From positions 8,455,957-8,519,956 of the forward strand of contig MU053881.1 in assembly GCA_013239625.1 (NCBI GenBank): a stretch of 64,000 nucleotides of DNA. The letters are read 5' to 3'. Position 1 is the first letter of the stretch. Each line of letters begins with the position of its first letter. Below, one piece after another: positions 11,881 to 24,180 of this stretch. Both the position numbers and the translations under genes were made by a program. The notes under the pieces are model-generated. The model searched no databases and had not been told where the DNA came from. It saw only the letters and a list, made by a program, of their open reading frames with translations. The stretch comes from Lama guanicoe (Eukaryota).

Positions 11881-13403
11881 TTTGATTGTTGTCCAAATGA
11901 GGCACTCAATGCAGGGGTATTAAAAAAAATGTTAAAACTGAATGTGGTATCTGGGATCTGGCCAATCCACTCCTTGTTTTATTGGTGAGAAAACTGAAGC
12001 ACAGAAAGGCTTGTCCAGAGCCACTCGAGGACCCAGTGGCAAGGCTGAGACTAAACCCTGGACACCAACCCCAGGCCTGCATCACACTCATGACACCAAG
12101 AGATCAAGTCAGCCTGGTGCTGAGTTCAGCTCCACGTGAGACGCAGTGATCGTCTCAACAGCCTGCGAGAACGAGTTACAGATGGGATTGTCTGGGGCGA
12201 GCTTATTATACTGGACGGAAAATTAAGACTAAGCAAGAATCCGTATGAAACCACAAAGTTCCCATTCATGGAAAGACAAAATTGGGAGATGGGTCCCTCA
12301 TTCCGCTCATCTCCACAGTGGAAGGTACTTTTCTGCCAGTACCATAGCAGAACCGAGCACCGGGTAGACATGTCTCTCCCTCACCCAGCTCCACTCAGCT
12401 CCATTCTCATTCCTGAACTGGGAGTTAGGCTAAGGAAGTTCTGTGCCCTGTAGGAAGGGCCAACAGGACAACATGGGACTCCCAGCTCCATCTTAGCTGT
12501 GTAATCTTAGGCATTCCTTCCCCAGCTCCAAGCCCCAGTTTCCCCATAGACATGAAGCAGTCAAGAGGTCCTGTTGCACAGGGCTCTGGTAGAGTTGAAT
12601 AAATCAGTACAGGGGAATGACCCAACGCGGCACTTGGCAGGTGACGCTGGGCAGGCCTTTCTGTGCTTAGGACTCTGAGGGCACTCAACTCCCAGCTCCA
12701 CTCCTTCCAGTCCCCTGGGTTTCCAAGGGGTCTTCTCAGGTGCTGGGCTGTGAAGGAGCTTCCAGCTCTAAGGGCACAGGCCACAGCCACCCCTCCCTGG
12801 AATCTGGCCATTCCTGTTCCTTGAGCTCTGATCCTCACCCCGTCCAGCAGCCTAAGGAGCTGGTCCTTCTAGAAACGGAATTGGCCATGAAGGCTTCTCT
12901 GGAGTCCTGACGTGTGGCTCCTTCCGCGACAACACAGTTTAGGTGGAGCACTGGAAGGGGAGCGACGAGAACTGGGCTTGAATCCTCACATTGCCACCAG
13001 ATTACCCAGGCACTTGGGCGAGGCACCTGCCCTCTCCAGGCTTCCCATCTACAAACGAGGGAGCCGAAACGTAACATTCCTAAGGCCCCCTGTGCATTTT
13101 CGGCCTTCGTAAGTCTATTGTCCTACCAGTCCCAAAGTCAAGGGCATTGTGAGGCTTCAATGAAACAATACATCTTTTGCTGAAGGCCAATTAAGTACTA
13201 GGCACGGCACTGGACCATATGCTCTGTGTAAAACAAATCATGTCCGTTATTTTCACAACATTTCTGTGAGCCACATACAGCCACTCTCATTTGGCCAACA
13301 GGAAACTGATGCTTCATAGTAATATAATAATAATCATAAAAGCTAAGCTTCACTGAGTGTTTATAAAGTACAGGCACGATTCAGGGCCCCAGACAGGGAC
13401 TCG

Positions 13404-14085
13404 ATTTCACCGGTTCTGAGCCGCATATTTTAAAACACATTTTTGCATCTCTGAAATTGGGATGTGTGTTAGCACTGCTGACATCTTACAACACTGTCGG
13501 CCAGGCGGCGATCCTGATGGAGCTGTCACTGCTGTGTGTGCACAGACATCAAAAGGCTTGGGATAAAATCCTGGAGACAATAATTGAGCCCTTTTAACCC
13601 CTAGGAGCCAAATGGTTGCGAGGACGAGTGGAGGAGGCAGTGAGCAGACACGTTTAGCAACATTCCCGGAGCAGGAGTGCACGGGAGGCTACCTCTGCAT
13701 AATTGCCACGCCGGCTGCAGAGCTCGGCACCTAAGCCTTTGAGTCAGCTCCTCTTCGGGTCCCTTTTAAGGCTGCATCACCCCACATTCTCAAGGGCGCC
13801 AGGGACGATATTAGAAGCACAGACTGTCAATAATTCTCAGTTAAAAAGTAACTCCAAAGAACCGGATTCAGAATGAGAGGATGTTTTAGGAACACTGGAG
13901 ATTTATTTGTGTTTAAATATTCCTTTTTTTTTGTATGTGGAAAAGCAATATGCAATTTAAAAAAATCAGAGTTTGAAAAATTTATTTTAATGAGTATGAA
14001 ATAACCCTTCTAGTCAATTTAAAAAAACTGGGTCATCGTTTAATTGGTAGCACTTTTCCTTTCTTAGTGGCACATAAAATAGAAA
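13404..14085 (+). mobile_element. TcMar-Tc2 DNA transposon fossil (Kanga/MER104-like)
   Basis: MER104-like start (tttcaccggttctgagccgcat...catctctgaaattgggatg). Transposase C-terminal remnant gcttgggataaaatcctggagacaataattgagcccttt = AWDKILETIIEPF, with a later frameshifted FK..CIT..G..DDI motif. Confidence 0.6.
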
Positions 14086-14191
14086 CTCCCAGAGTTTCTG
14101 ATTCTGAGCTGCCCTGAGAATCTGCATTTCCAACAAGCTCCCAGGTGATACTGATGTTGCTGGTCCCAATGCCACAGTTAGGACCCACTGG
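14086..14191. mobile_element. MER5A-like hAT-Charlie MITE fragment
   Basis: ctgagaatctgcatttccaacaagctcccaggtgatactgatgttgctggtcc...ccactgg. Confidence 0.8.
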
Positions 14192-15841
14192 TACACAGCA
14201 TCCCCTATGTGATAACTGCAGGGACTTTGAAAAGTGGTATTGAACCTTGTGTTCAAGAAATCCCTCTCCTTCTCCTTCTCCTTCTCCATCAGAGCTTTCT
14301 GGTTCCCGTCTCATTCTCAGGGCCTGGTCATGGCCCCCCAGTGTCTCCCTGAGCACAGCCCTGCACGCAGGCTCTATCAGCCCTTTCCGAGTGTTTGCTG
14401 AGCTCCTGTCCCTCCCAGAGTTGCCTGAGGCCACGCAGCCAGCAAGCACAGAGCAGCATATGGACCTGATCCAGGAACTCAGGTTCTCTACCTCTCTGCT
14501 CCTCTGCACGTAGTAGGTCCTCAGGGAGAGCATCGCCTTCTGTCCTCCCTTATTAAACCGGTCCTCTTCCCCTTGCATCCATTTGCAGAGGGAAGCCCAA
14601 GCAGAGCTGGGGGAGGGAAGAGGAGGGGCAGCTGTTGACCGTACCTGGCCTGCCGGCTCTACAGGTGCCCTGGTTCTGCAGGTGCAGGACTAGACCACAG
14701 AGCCCACTGGCCCCATCTCTGCAACCACCAGGGGTCTCCTGGGTGCACTTTGTGTCTTCAGATTCACACCTGTCATCTTGCGCTGTAACCAACACGGCTT
14801 CTACACTTTGTCTCATTACCTCTGGCTGCCCTTGGATGGATGTAGGTATAAGATGCTCTAAATGCCTGCCTTTCAATGGCCCTTTCTCCAGGCCATTCCA
14901 CTGGGACCATGGGGAGAAGCCCTTTAGAAGCCGAGCCATGCATTTCATACAGGAGGCATATCCTGCCAGAGCCCCAAGGGGACGTAGCACTGGACCCCCC
15001 TGCCCCCCACTAGTCTAGGGACTGCTCAGCCCCTGGGTTGTCCACCCAGGCAGGTAGGGCCTTCCTAGTAACACCTTCCCTTGATGCTGCAGCTGCTGCG
15101 TCTAGGAAAGCACAAGGCAGCACGGCCTGGCCACGTCTGAGGAGCTCAAAAGCTGCTGATGCCCAAGTGTTTGTTGATTGCATCACGGTGGGCCGACTGA
15201 TCCAGCCCGGAAGCTCACCTTGTCTGTCCATCTAACTGCTATTTCTTTATTCTCCAAGAACGCAGAGGCCGACACTGACTAAAGGAGCCCTGCACAGGAG
15301 TTGAAAAGAAAGCGGTGCTCACCCCTGCAGAGCACAACTCTGAGGGTTTATTTTCCTCCCATCATTTCTTTTTAAAGAAGAAAACAGACCTTTGTTCCCG
15401 GAAGGGAAGCCCTACCTGCGAGTCAGCGTTAAACACCAAAGTGTTCTTGAGTTGAAGGTGGCTGAATTAAAGTCAGCAGTGAAACAAATAAGCAATTAAA
15501 TTAGCTATTTTAGGAAGCCCTGGAAAGCAGTGGATACAGTATGAATTATTCATTCACACTGCCAGGATGGCTTCTGGGCATTGTCCTCTGTGCCTCTGTT
15601 CTCCAGCTCTTGTTCATTCAGCCGCTCAAGCACAGAGAGGGGACACAATACCCTGGCCTTGGGACATGGGTGTCTGAGTGCGTGCACACACACATACACA
15701 CAGACACATACATGCTCCACAAGGAGGCCAGGTGGCCACTCCAGATGGTGAGACACATGGAAAAGAAGCCCACAGGTTGGCAGACGGCTTCAGCTCCTGT
15801 GCCAGGGGAGAATATATGAATTTCCAATGGGCCCAAGATGG

Positions 15842-15879
15842 GTGTGTGTGTGTGTGTGTGTGTCTGTGTGTGTGTGTGT
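15842..15879 (+). repeat. (TG)n microsatellite, one interruption
   Basis: Direct reading. Confidence 0.95.
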
Positions 15880-16600
15880 TGTGTGGTCGTGCAATTGCGT
15901 GTGGTGTCAGGGAAGGGTGGGTCACAAAAGATCACCTGTGCAGTGCAAGAGAATATATATAATGTTTCTAATACTCTGCACACTTCCTAGCTGCTCCGGG
16001 ATTGGCTTGGGGGCTCAACAGGCAATGGGTGGGATCTGGACAGTTAGCTGAGCCCCCCCACCGAGCCCACCCACAGATGCGCCCAGCAGGCTTGGTGGAA
16101 GGGCTCTATCTGACCCTGAAGCCATCAGCCCCTCCTGCTGCCTGACCATAGGGCAGCACTGTGATATCGTATCTTACACCCATCCAGGTGACCTTGGACA
16201 AGTCCCTTCTCCTCTGAGGGACCTCAATACCCCCATCAGTGAAACCAGTGGGAGGGACTCCATCTCAACCAGTCCTTTCAGGTCTGGCACTCCATGGTAC
16301 CATTCTGTCATGAACATCTGGCCTCTCAGAGGTGACTTGTGTGCTCCTGTGGAAGGACCCAGCATCAGAATCTTTAGTGAGTAACAACACTGCACGCTCA
16401 GTGTGCTACACGTATTGCTTGTCATTAAGTCCTCACGGCAATCCAGTGAAGTAAGTGGTTCGTATCACAATCCCATGGTAAACAAGAGTAAATGGAGCCT
16501 TAGAGAGAGATGTTAAGTTGACTGAGGTTGCTCAGCTGTTAAAAGGTAGACTGAGGATTTGAATTCAGGTCTTAACTACTACTCAGAAAGTAGATGGAGA

Positions 16601-16770
16601 GCAGAGAGGGCATAGCTCAAATGGTTGAGCACATGCTTCAGCATGCATGAGGTCCTGGGTTCAATCCCCATGAACCTCCTCTAAAAATAAATAAACCTAA
16701 TTACCTTTCCCCCGACGCCAAAATAAAATAATTAAATACAATAACGGAAATAAATAAACTTTTTTAAAAA
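16601..16770 (+). mobile_element. tRNA-Ala-derived SINE (camelid Vic-1-like)
   Basis: A box tagctcaaatgg, B box ggttcaatcc, shared body aaataaataaacctaattacc, A-rich tail. TSD AGAAAGTAGATGGAGA (16585-16600) / AGAAACTAAATGGAGA (16771-16786), 14/16. Confidence 0.9.
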
Positions 16771-19589
16771 AGAAACTAAATGGAGATAGTGACTTTACAT
16801 AGTTGGGTGGCCAGAGAAGTGAATTTTTAAAAATACCATGGAATTTAAAACTATCCTATATAGTTTTAAACTATAAAGTCTGGTAAGAAGGAAACATGAG
16901 GAGGCGCCTTTTGCCCCAGCTACAAACATTAGGAATGGACATCAGGAATGTTCATTAGGAACACAGCAGGAGGGGCTGTGGGAGAAGGGTGGCTGGCTGA
17001 GAAGACAAAAAAGAAAAAGAAGTGGGTTTTAGACAAACTGAAAGAGATGCTCATTCTTGGAGCCCAAGCCAGGAGCAGAAGTCATGGCTGATGAAGGACA
17101 GACCTGGTGAGAGATGCACCCAGTACTTACAAGAGAGGAGACCTCCAGAACTTCATCCACTCGCCTGGAAGACAGATGCATCGGTGACTTGCTGCTGTTC
17201 TGACCCTTCCCAGGTGGGAAGACTTAAACGCGAAGATATTCAAGGCAACATTATTTATTACAGGGAAAGAAAAGACTCAATATCTGTAGGGAATGAACAC
17301 TTGGTAAACCATGGTTACAAATGGTTTGATGCGAGCTTTGAAAGGCATGCTCAGGAAGCATTTTGAATGACAGAAGGGAGCAGGCTCATATTACAGAATT
17401 TAAAAGAAATTTTAAAAGCAAGATGCAAAACTGTGCACGTAGCATAATCCTACCTGCCTGCAAAAAAAAAAAAGGGAAAATGCCAGCATGTTGACAGTGT
17501 TTGCCTCTCACTAGTGGGGATGAGGTTCAGGGTTGTTTGTTTTTGCTGCTTTCATAACCAGAAATAAGACAAAAAAAAAAAAAACTAAAAATACCAAGGA
17601 CATTTTTCAACCCAACTTCAGTCCTTCTGTTCAGAACCTCTTACTCCCCCTCCTTAAAAGAGTCATTCTAACATGAATCCTAATTTTCCTCTCACAGAAA
17701 AATTCAAAGCGTTCAAAATGAATTCAAAAGCATTAAAAGGCTGAAAGAAAACAAGCAAAAACAGTAGTTACGTGGTCCCTGCATAAAAGTGGGGCCACGA
17801 AGCGGCGTGGACGCCATTGAGACCCCCAGAGACAGCCTCCCTGGGTCTCCCCCCGAAAGCCTGAGACCGCCCCCCCGAGACTGGACCAGCCTGGGAGCCT
17901 GTCTGGAGACTGATGAGAAAGGCCCTGAGGAGACGTGAAATGTATTACTAGAGACTCTCCCTGCTGACCTCTGGGTATGAAGGACAGAGTCAAAAAAACC
18001 AAACCATTGTCCATCACCCCTAATTTCCACCAGCTCGGTTTTACTGGAGGAGTGCTGGTGGAGGGGGAGAAATAGGGGGGCAGCTTGGAATAGTCTGTGT
18101 GTCAAATGGAAAGCTGACAGAGATCAGATCGGAGTGTGGTAAGACCTGGTTGGAATACAGGGCAGCAGAAGCTGCCGAAATGACTCTCACCCCAGCCTCC
18201 CTGCCCTGCAGACGCCCTGGCCTAGGAAAGGTGGCACCAGCTTCCTGCTGCTCCTCGTAGGAACACAACTCCAAGATCATTCGGTGCCGACTCCACAGTA
18301 TTTCACACACTCTGTGCCCTTGTCTTGGCTGTTCCTTCTGCCCAGAACATCTTCCCCTGGACACCTGTTCATCTGAGGCAGGGGACTGGAGAACAGAAGT
18401 CTCTTTCTTTCTCTTTTTCTTTTTTTTCTTTTAATAATATGTATATTTTCATTGTTTGTTTATATGTCTGTGACTTCTGTGAGTTTCATGAGGACCTGAG
18501 CAATATCTTATCACTGTAACCTCAGCATCTTATAGGACCAGACACCAGGTGAGTGTTCATTGAATGACTAAATGTACTCACAAAAGAGCAAATGAAGAAA
18601 GAAATGGTTTCTTAGGATCCCAGCAGGGTTCATTACCATCTTGACCATTCCCCCACTTTACAAATGAGCAAATCAACACTCAGAGGCTCTCCTAAACCGA
18701 CAGGGCTCCCAGGTCCATGGTTTGTGCCAGGACTGGCCATGAGCCCACGGGAGCCCTGGCCCGTTGCTGGGTCCTTTCCACCATGAACTGTCTCAATGGG
18801 TCCCCCTCCTCATTGCCAGCTGGTAACTGGAGAAGTGTGGCCACAGCCCACTCTCCTTCCCCTGGGAATAGATTACCCACTGGGTAGTCAAAGGAGGCGT
18901 CTGTCTCCCACTCCTGAGTCACTCGCACCAGTATAATCATCATCACGCAGAAGTGAGATTTTCCCTGGCACGTGCACTCCCTGGCAGCCCTTGGAGGGCT
19001 CTGCTCAGAAGTCCTGGGAGGAGGATGTGACACCCGAGGGTGGAAACGATCTTCGGGGATTGTCTATGTGTCTCAGTTAGTTACTCGGGAGCTGGTACTG
19101 ACCACATGTGGCCCCCAGATCACGGCAGGGAGTGGGCCACAGATGCTCCCCGCCGGCTGACTTAGGAGTCCCTTGAGGGGCATGCATGGACTCCGGATGC
19201 TTTTCCACAGACACCGGCACAGAGGAGCCCAGAGCCTTACTGAGGCCAGGGGAGCGGGCAAGGGCCTTGGGGCCACAGAGACCCGGGTTCCCAGCTGCCA
19301 GAGCTGGTTGGTGCCTGACTATTCATGCCGACCCCACACGCAGAACAGGGCTCGGGAAGTGTGGCCTCCTTCGCTTCCTTCTGCTTTCTCTCCTGCATGA
19401 AGCCTCCCGAGAAACATGCTTTTTAGCTACTTGGCAAGTCTATTCAGTGGGTTTCATGTGGCAAGATTTCATGGTGAAAAAAGAACGTATTTGGGTCCAG
19501 GACCAGGGGATGAACCAGGAGCCGTCCCTTTTGCCCTCACTCTCCAAGTCCTACGTGAATGGGGAACTGATCCCTGAGCTTCGGGCTTT

Positions 19590-20300
19590 CTCTGTCCACA
19601 GCTCAGACCTTCACTGGCTGAATTCCCAAAGCCCCCGATCTCTCTCCCCTCTGTTCTCATCAGGTCCCCAAAGGAACCATCGCCATCTTGCTCTCTGGCT
19701 CTTGGCTCCTCCCTCCCTCCCCAGGTCACAGCCCCTCTCCTCACTTCTCCAGCTGTCGGTTTTCTTGGTTCTTCTGCCTCGTCCTTCCTGCTCACCTCCC
19801 CATTCTATTGAAAACAAAAACAAAAAGCAAACAAATCCAATCTTGTCACTCTCCTGTTTCAATCCCTTCAAAGTCTTGTCAACAAAACTAGAAGGAAATC
19901 CACACTTCGGCCTGTGGCCCAGCCCTCATCCACCTCTCCAGCCTTATCCAACACTCAGAACTCAGCTACCTCACTCCCACCTCCCAGGCTTTGCCCACAT
20001 GGTTCCCTCCGTGCAGCATGCTGCTCATGGTTCCTGCCCACATGTCCGAGCACATACCGGCCCATCCGCATACTGCACGGCTGTTTCCTTCCGTGCCTCT
20101 GTCCGGCAGCTCTCAGAGGCCCTCCCAGGCAGCCCTGCCTGAGCGGGTCCCCCCATTACTTCCTATCACTGTATCTGTTGACATGCTGCTTGCCTGCCTG
20201 TCTGTCTGTCCCACGCAAACAAAGCCAGCCTGCCTAGCTCACCACTGTCTCCCAAGGATGGAGCAGAGTCAGTTGCAGCTCCTACTATGTGCTGAATGAA
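19590..20300 (+). mobile_element. LINE-2 3' fragment
   Basis: aatccaatcttgtcactctcctgtttcaatcccttcaa, ggctttgcccacatggttccctc, ctcaccactgtctccc, tail tatgtgctgaatgaa. Confidence 0.65.
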
Positions 20301-22957
20301 ACAGAGGCCTCGTGAGTAATCCTTCCTCTCCAAGGGGAAAAGGGTTCGAGTTTGCTTGGTTTGGTCGTTTTTTCCCTTTTCCCTCCCTCCTGAGGCACCG
20401 TCCCTGAGCCCAACACTTACAAAGCCAGCACCAGACTCCTCCAGAGTCCCAGGGTCACAAGGCACGCGGCCCCTGTTACAGGTTTGCCCCCGACCCTCGA
20501 TGCCCTCCACACATCCCATAGCAAACTGGAAACGACCAAAGAGCAGGCCCTGAGGAGCCTCCTTGGGAAGACTTGGAACCAACAGGACCAGAAAAGGTCC
20601 ACGAAGGAGAAACTTGCTGATGGAAGGGACGACACGGGCTTCCAGAAACCTCTCCCCGTAGACTGTCAAAGTCAGATCCTGCAGTGGGGTCCACGGTGAG
20701 CACCAAAGGGGACTTCAGGAATTACGACTTTTGTCCCTAGAGCAGTGCTCATGCCAGGCACACCTTGGGGTCCCAAAAAATGCAGAATGGAAGAAAGAAA
20801 GTTTTTTTTAAGTAAGCTAAAATACATTTCAGAAATTTATCCACATAGTTGAAATGTGATTTTCCTTACAGAACAAGCAAATCAATGCAAAAGGATTCAA
20901 CGGTGAACCTTGATTTATGTCTGCTCGATGGCCTCAATACTCAAAAACAAAAAATGAAAAAGCACTCATGTTCAAAGGAGCTTGAGCTAATGAACAAATA
21001 CCTCTTGCAGAGTTATTATGCGCCCAGCCCCGCACATGCACATGAGCTTACAACCAGCTGGAAATAAACACACAAACAGATCCACGCTTGCACGGGAACA
21101 TACCTGGGGGCATGAGAACAATGAAGACATGGTTCAAAATAGAACTTTCATAAAAGGGGCCACTGGATTCAGAGAAAGGAGAGCCTGCAGGCTGACTGCT
21201 CCTGGGAGGCTCCCAAGAGGAAGCAGGAAGTAGCCTGGGTCCTGAAGGGCAACACTTGTTCTCGTGTGCAGCAGAGAGGAGGGCCTCGAGAGGGGCTGTG
21301 ACTGGCCGGATGGCCCACAGCTACGGAGGGACAGCGTCAAGTCCATGTGGCAGGCCAAGGGGGCCGGGCCCCCCACCCCTGAGGCTTAGGGAGGGGAGGA
21401 GAGGCAGCCCTGATTCTCCAAGGCGGAAAGACTCGGCCAGGTCAGAGTCGGCTGATGCCAGGAACAAGGTTGTTCCGTGTTTGCACGTCAACGGCATCTT
21501 GTCTCTTTACTTAGGAACTTCACATGCAAAGGGCAAGAACTACCTCAGGGCCTGGAAGAAAATTCTGGAAGGGAGAGCCAGACTGGTCACGGGGGCTGCT
21601 CCAGGGAAGTCTGGGGCGGGGGAAGGGGGAAGGCTGGTGGTGGCCTCCTCTTAGGGAGGCCGGAGAAGAACATGAGCAGACCTGCAGAGCTGAACCTGGG
21701 GAGCCCCTGGGAAGAGAGGCAGCGGGGAGCGGCTGTCCCAGGCCCCCACCAGAGCCCAAAATACACAGAAGGGTTTCCACATGGGAGCGAGGCTGCTAGT
21801 GGAGTGGACGCAACATGGGTGTTGGAGCATCCAAGTCCAGGTTCGAGTTTAAGTCACTGGCCAGCTGGTAAGTGACTTCACCTCATTAATGATAATAACA
21901 GTAGGAGTCCTCACCTGCAGAGCATTTGGGAGGCACTGACCTGAGAGTCACAAGCATTAACTCAATTTACCTCTCCTAGCAATCCTGTGAGAGGACCCTG
22001 TTTTGCATCGTTAAGGATCACGATCTGCATTTTAGACGGAAACTGAGGCATAAGTTGGAGCTCAATGAATGATACTTGAATAACGGCCAGATAAACCCAA
22101 AGCACAGCGGAAGCCGGAAATGCCTGCCAAGGGCCGACTGTGGGGTTCTTTCTTTGTCAATGCTATTTCATTCCCTGGCTGGATGTCCCATTTCTCAGAT
22201 GATGAAACTGAGGCTCAGGGGGGTTAACTTGCTTAGAGTCACAGGGAAGCAATGGGGATAGGAAGCCAACTGTGTCTCAATTGTCAACGTTTGATGAGCA
22301 TGTCCAGAACAGTGTTTTCCAAACCGTGTCTGTTAATGTTTATTGAGCTCTTCCCCGTGCCAGGCTGTGTGCTCAGCGCACTGTGTTCCTGTCTCATTTT
22401 ACTCTCCCATCTTCCCTCTGAGGTCGGGTCTCGGGTGACCGCCAGCTCACAGCAAAGAGGGGCCCACTGCTGGAAAGGAGCAGCTCTGGGCTCTGAATCC
22501 ACATCGGCTCCTTCGACTCCACCAGCTGCCCCTCCAGGATGACAAGGTAGAGACTGTGGGGCAAAGCAGGGTGTCCTGGGTGGAGAGCGTTTGGGGAGTG
22601 AGCAAGTCACTGGGCAGACATCCCGGTCTCAGGATCCGAGTATAAACAGGACACCGAGCGGGCAGGTGGCATTTGGCACAGAAACAGCACACCCGCGGGC
22701 GGGCCTCTGCGCTGTTCTCCCAACGCCCCCACCTCCCGGCCTCTCTCCTGCCTCCCCTCTGCCTGCAATGCCCTCCCCCTTCTCTGGGGTCAGACTCCTC
22801 CCCAGGCCCCTAGGGGAGCACCCTGTTCTGATCTCCCACAGCACTTCGTCCAGAGCCCCCCTTCCTCACATCCTGTTTCGTCGCACCTTCATTGTGTCTC
22901 TCCTACTGGAGTAGCGCTCGCTTCGAGCTTCTACGCTGGACTCATGTCTGAATCCCT

Positions 22958-23352
22958 CCAGTATTGTATTTTCCCCATGTGTATATGATGCTTTTCGGTG
23001 GCACACAGGACAACTTCACGTGGCAAACACACGAGGCAGGACCAGGCATTGGATCTTTCAGGGAGAAAAATGGTTCCCTTTTCAATTCCCTTTCAGCTTT
23101 TCAGATTCGATCAAGAGCAGAGTCTTAGTGTGGTGACGTGTCTCTAACACCTCCAACATCTGCCAAGCTCCCTTTGAACAAAGAGATCAGACTCCAGGCT
23201 CAGGCCTATCGGCTAGGGACTGATCACATCATTTTGCTTCTATTGGCCGTTGCCAGCGATCAGGAAGAAGGAAACTGAGAAGAGGGTACCCCAATGCCTG
23301 AGTGACAAATCTGCAAGAGGGTGTTCCGATGACGGAAGTTTGAGAAACCCTG
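22958..23352. mobile_element. hAT-Charlie fossil (MER113-like)
   Basis: tttcaattccctttcagcttttcagattcgatcaagagcagagtcttagtgtggtg...tctaacacctcc...ctccctttgaacaaagaga...ggctcag; Charlie-type terminus tttgagaaaccctg. Confidence 0.6.
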
Positions 23353-23739
23353 ATTTAACTCACTGCCTGCAATGCCTTAGACGTTAATAGACACGTGTTG
23401 AGCAAATGGAAGAGTAATCCAAAGAGCAGAAGAATGAATGAATGGACGAATAAATGATCATGAAGATGACAGACTCTCCTTCACTGCTTGCCTCCCGTGT
23501 CCTGCCCTTGACCAGACACCCTTCATCTCTGAGTGGAAAACAGAGCGTTGCTGGATAGTCGGAGCCAAGGGGACGTGGGAAAGTCAGGCCAGAGAAGGAG
23601 CTCTCAGCTTCCGGCCAGGTGCCCCTCGGGCCCATATGGACAACCTCCTGGGGACTGGGCCCTGGGGACCAGCAGGGGAAGATGTGGAGGACAAGGTTTG
23701 GGGTTCTGCACCCATTTTTGCCCTTTCTGGTGAGCATGT

Positions 23740-24180
23740 TGCAAATTTCCCGGGGCAATTACCTCTCTAGGATTCTCAGCCCATGTGCTTTTGTGGAAAG
23801 TTGATTCTACCCTGGCTCTAGAGACGGGTATTTGATGGGGGCTGGATGAAACCCCACCCTGTGCCCCTGAACTCTGGCTTCTGGTTCAGGGCCAGGCAAG
23901 TGACCCAGGAGGGACCCGTGAGAGTCAAGCCCAGGACTTCTGTCTGAGCCATGAAGGACAGAGACCCCCTTTTGAACTTGTCTTGAATCCTAGAAGCTCA
24001 CCATGTGGAAACTGAGAATAAAGCCAATAGGGCAGCAGGTGGAGCCAGGAGACAGAGGAACCCGAGTCCTCCAGCCATCATCGGAGCCCTGGGGCTGACA
24101 ATGACTTCTGCTGGATTTCCTCAGTCCCTGCCCAATCTACCCCTATAGTATTTGATGTCCAGTGTGGCTGAGGGCCCTGA
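23740..24180 (+). mobile_element. Old ERVL/MaLR-type LTR relic (LTR16-like)
   Basis: attctcagcccatgtgcttt, tggttcagggccaggcaagtgaccca, gagagtcaagcccaggactt, ctgagaataaagccaa...ggagccaggagacagag. Confidence 0.5.

Noticed and set aside
15505..15513. MEF2-like CTATTTTAG
   Set aside because: One base shorter than CTA(A/T)4TAG.
19186..20142. Longest ORF (318 aa)
   Set aside because: No real ATG start, Pro/Ser/Leu-rich with no recognisable domain, and largely overlapping an L2 relic.
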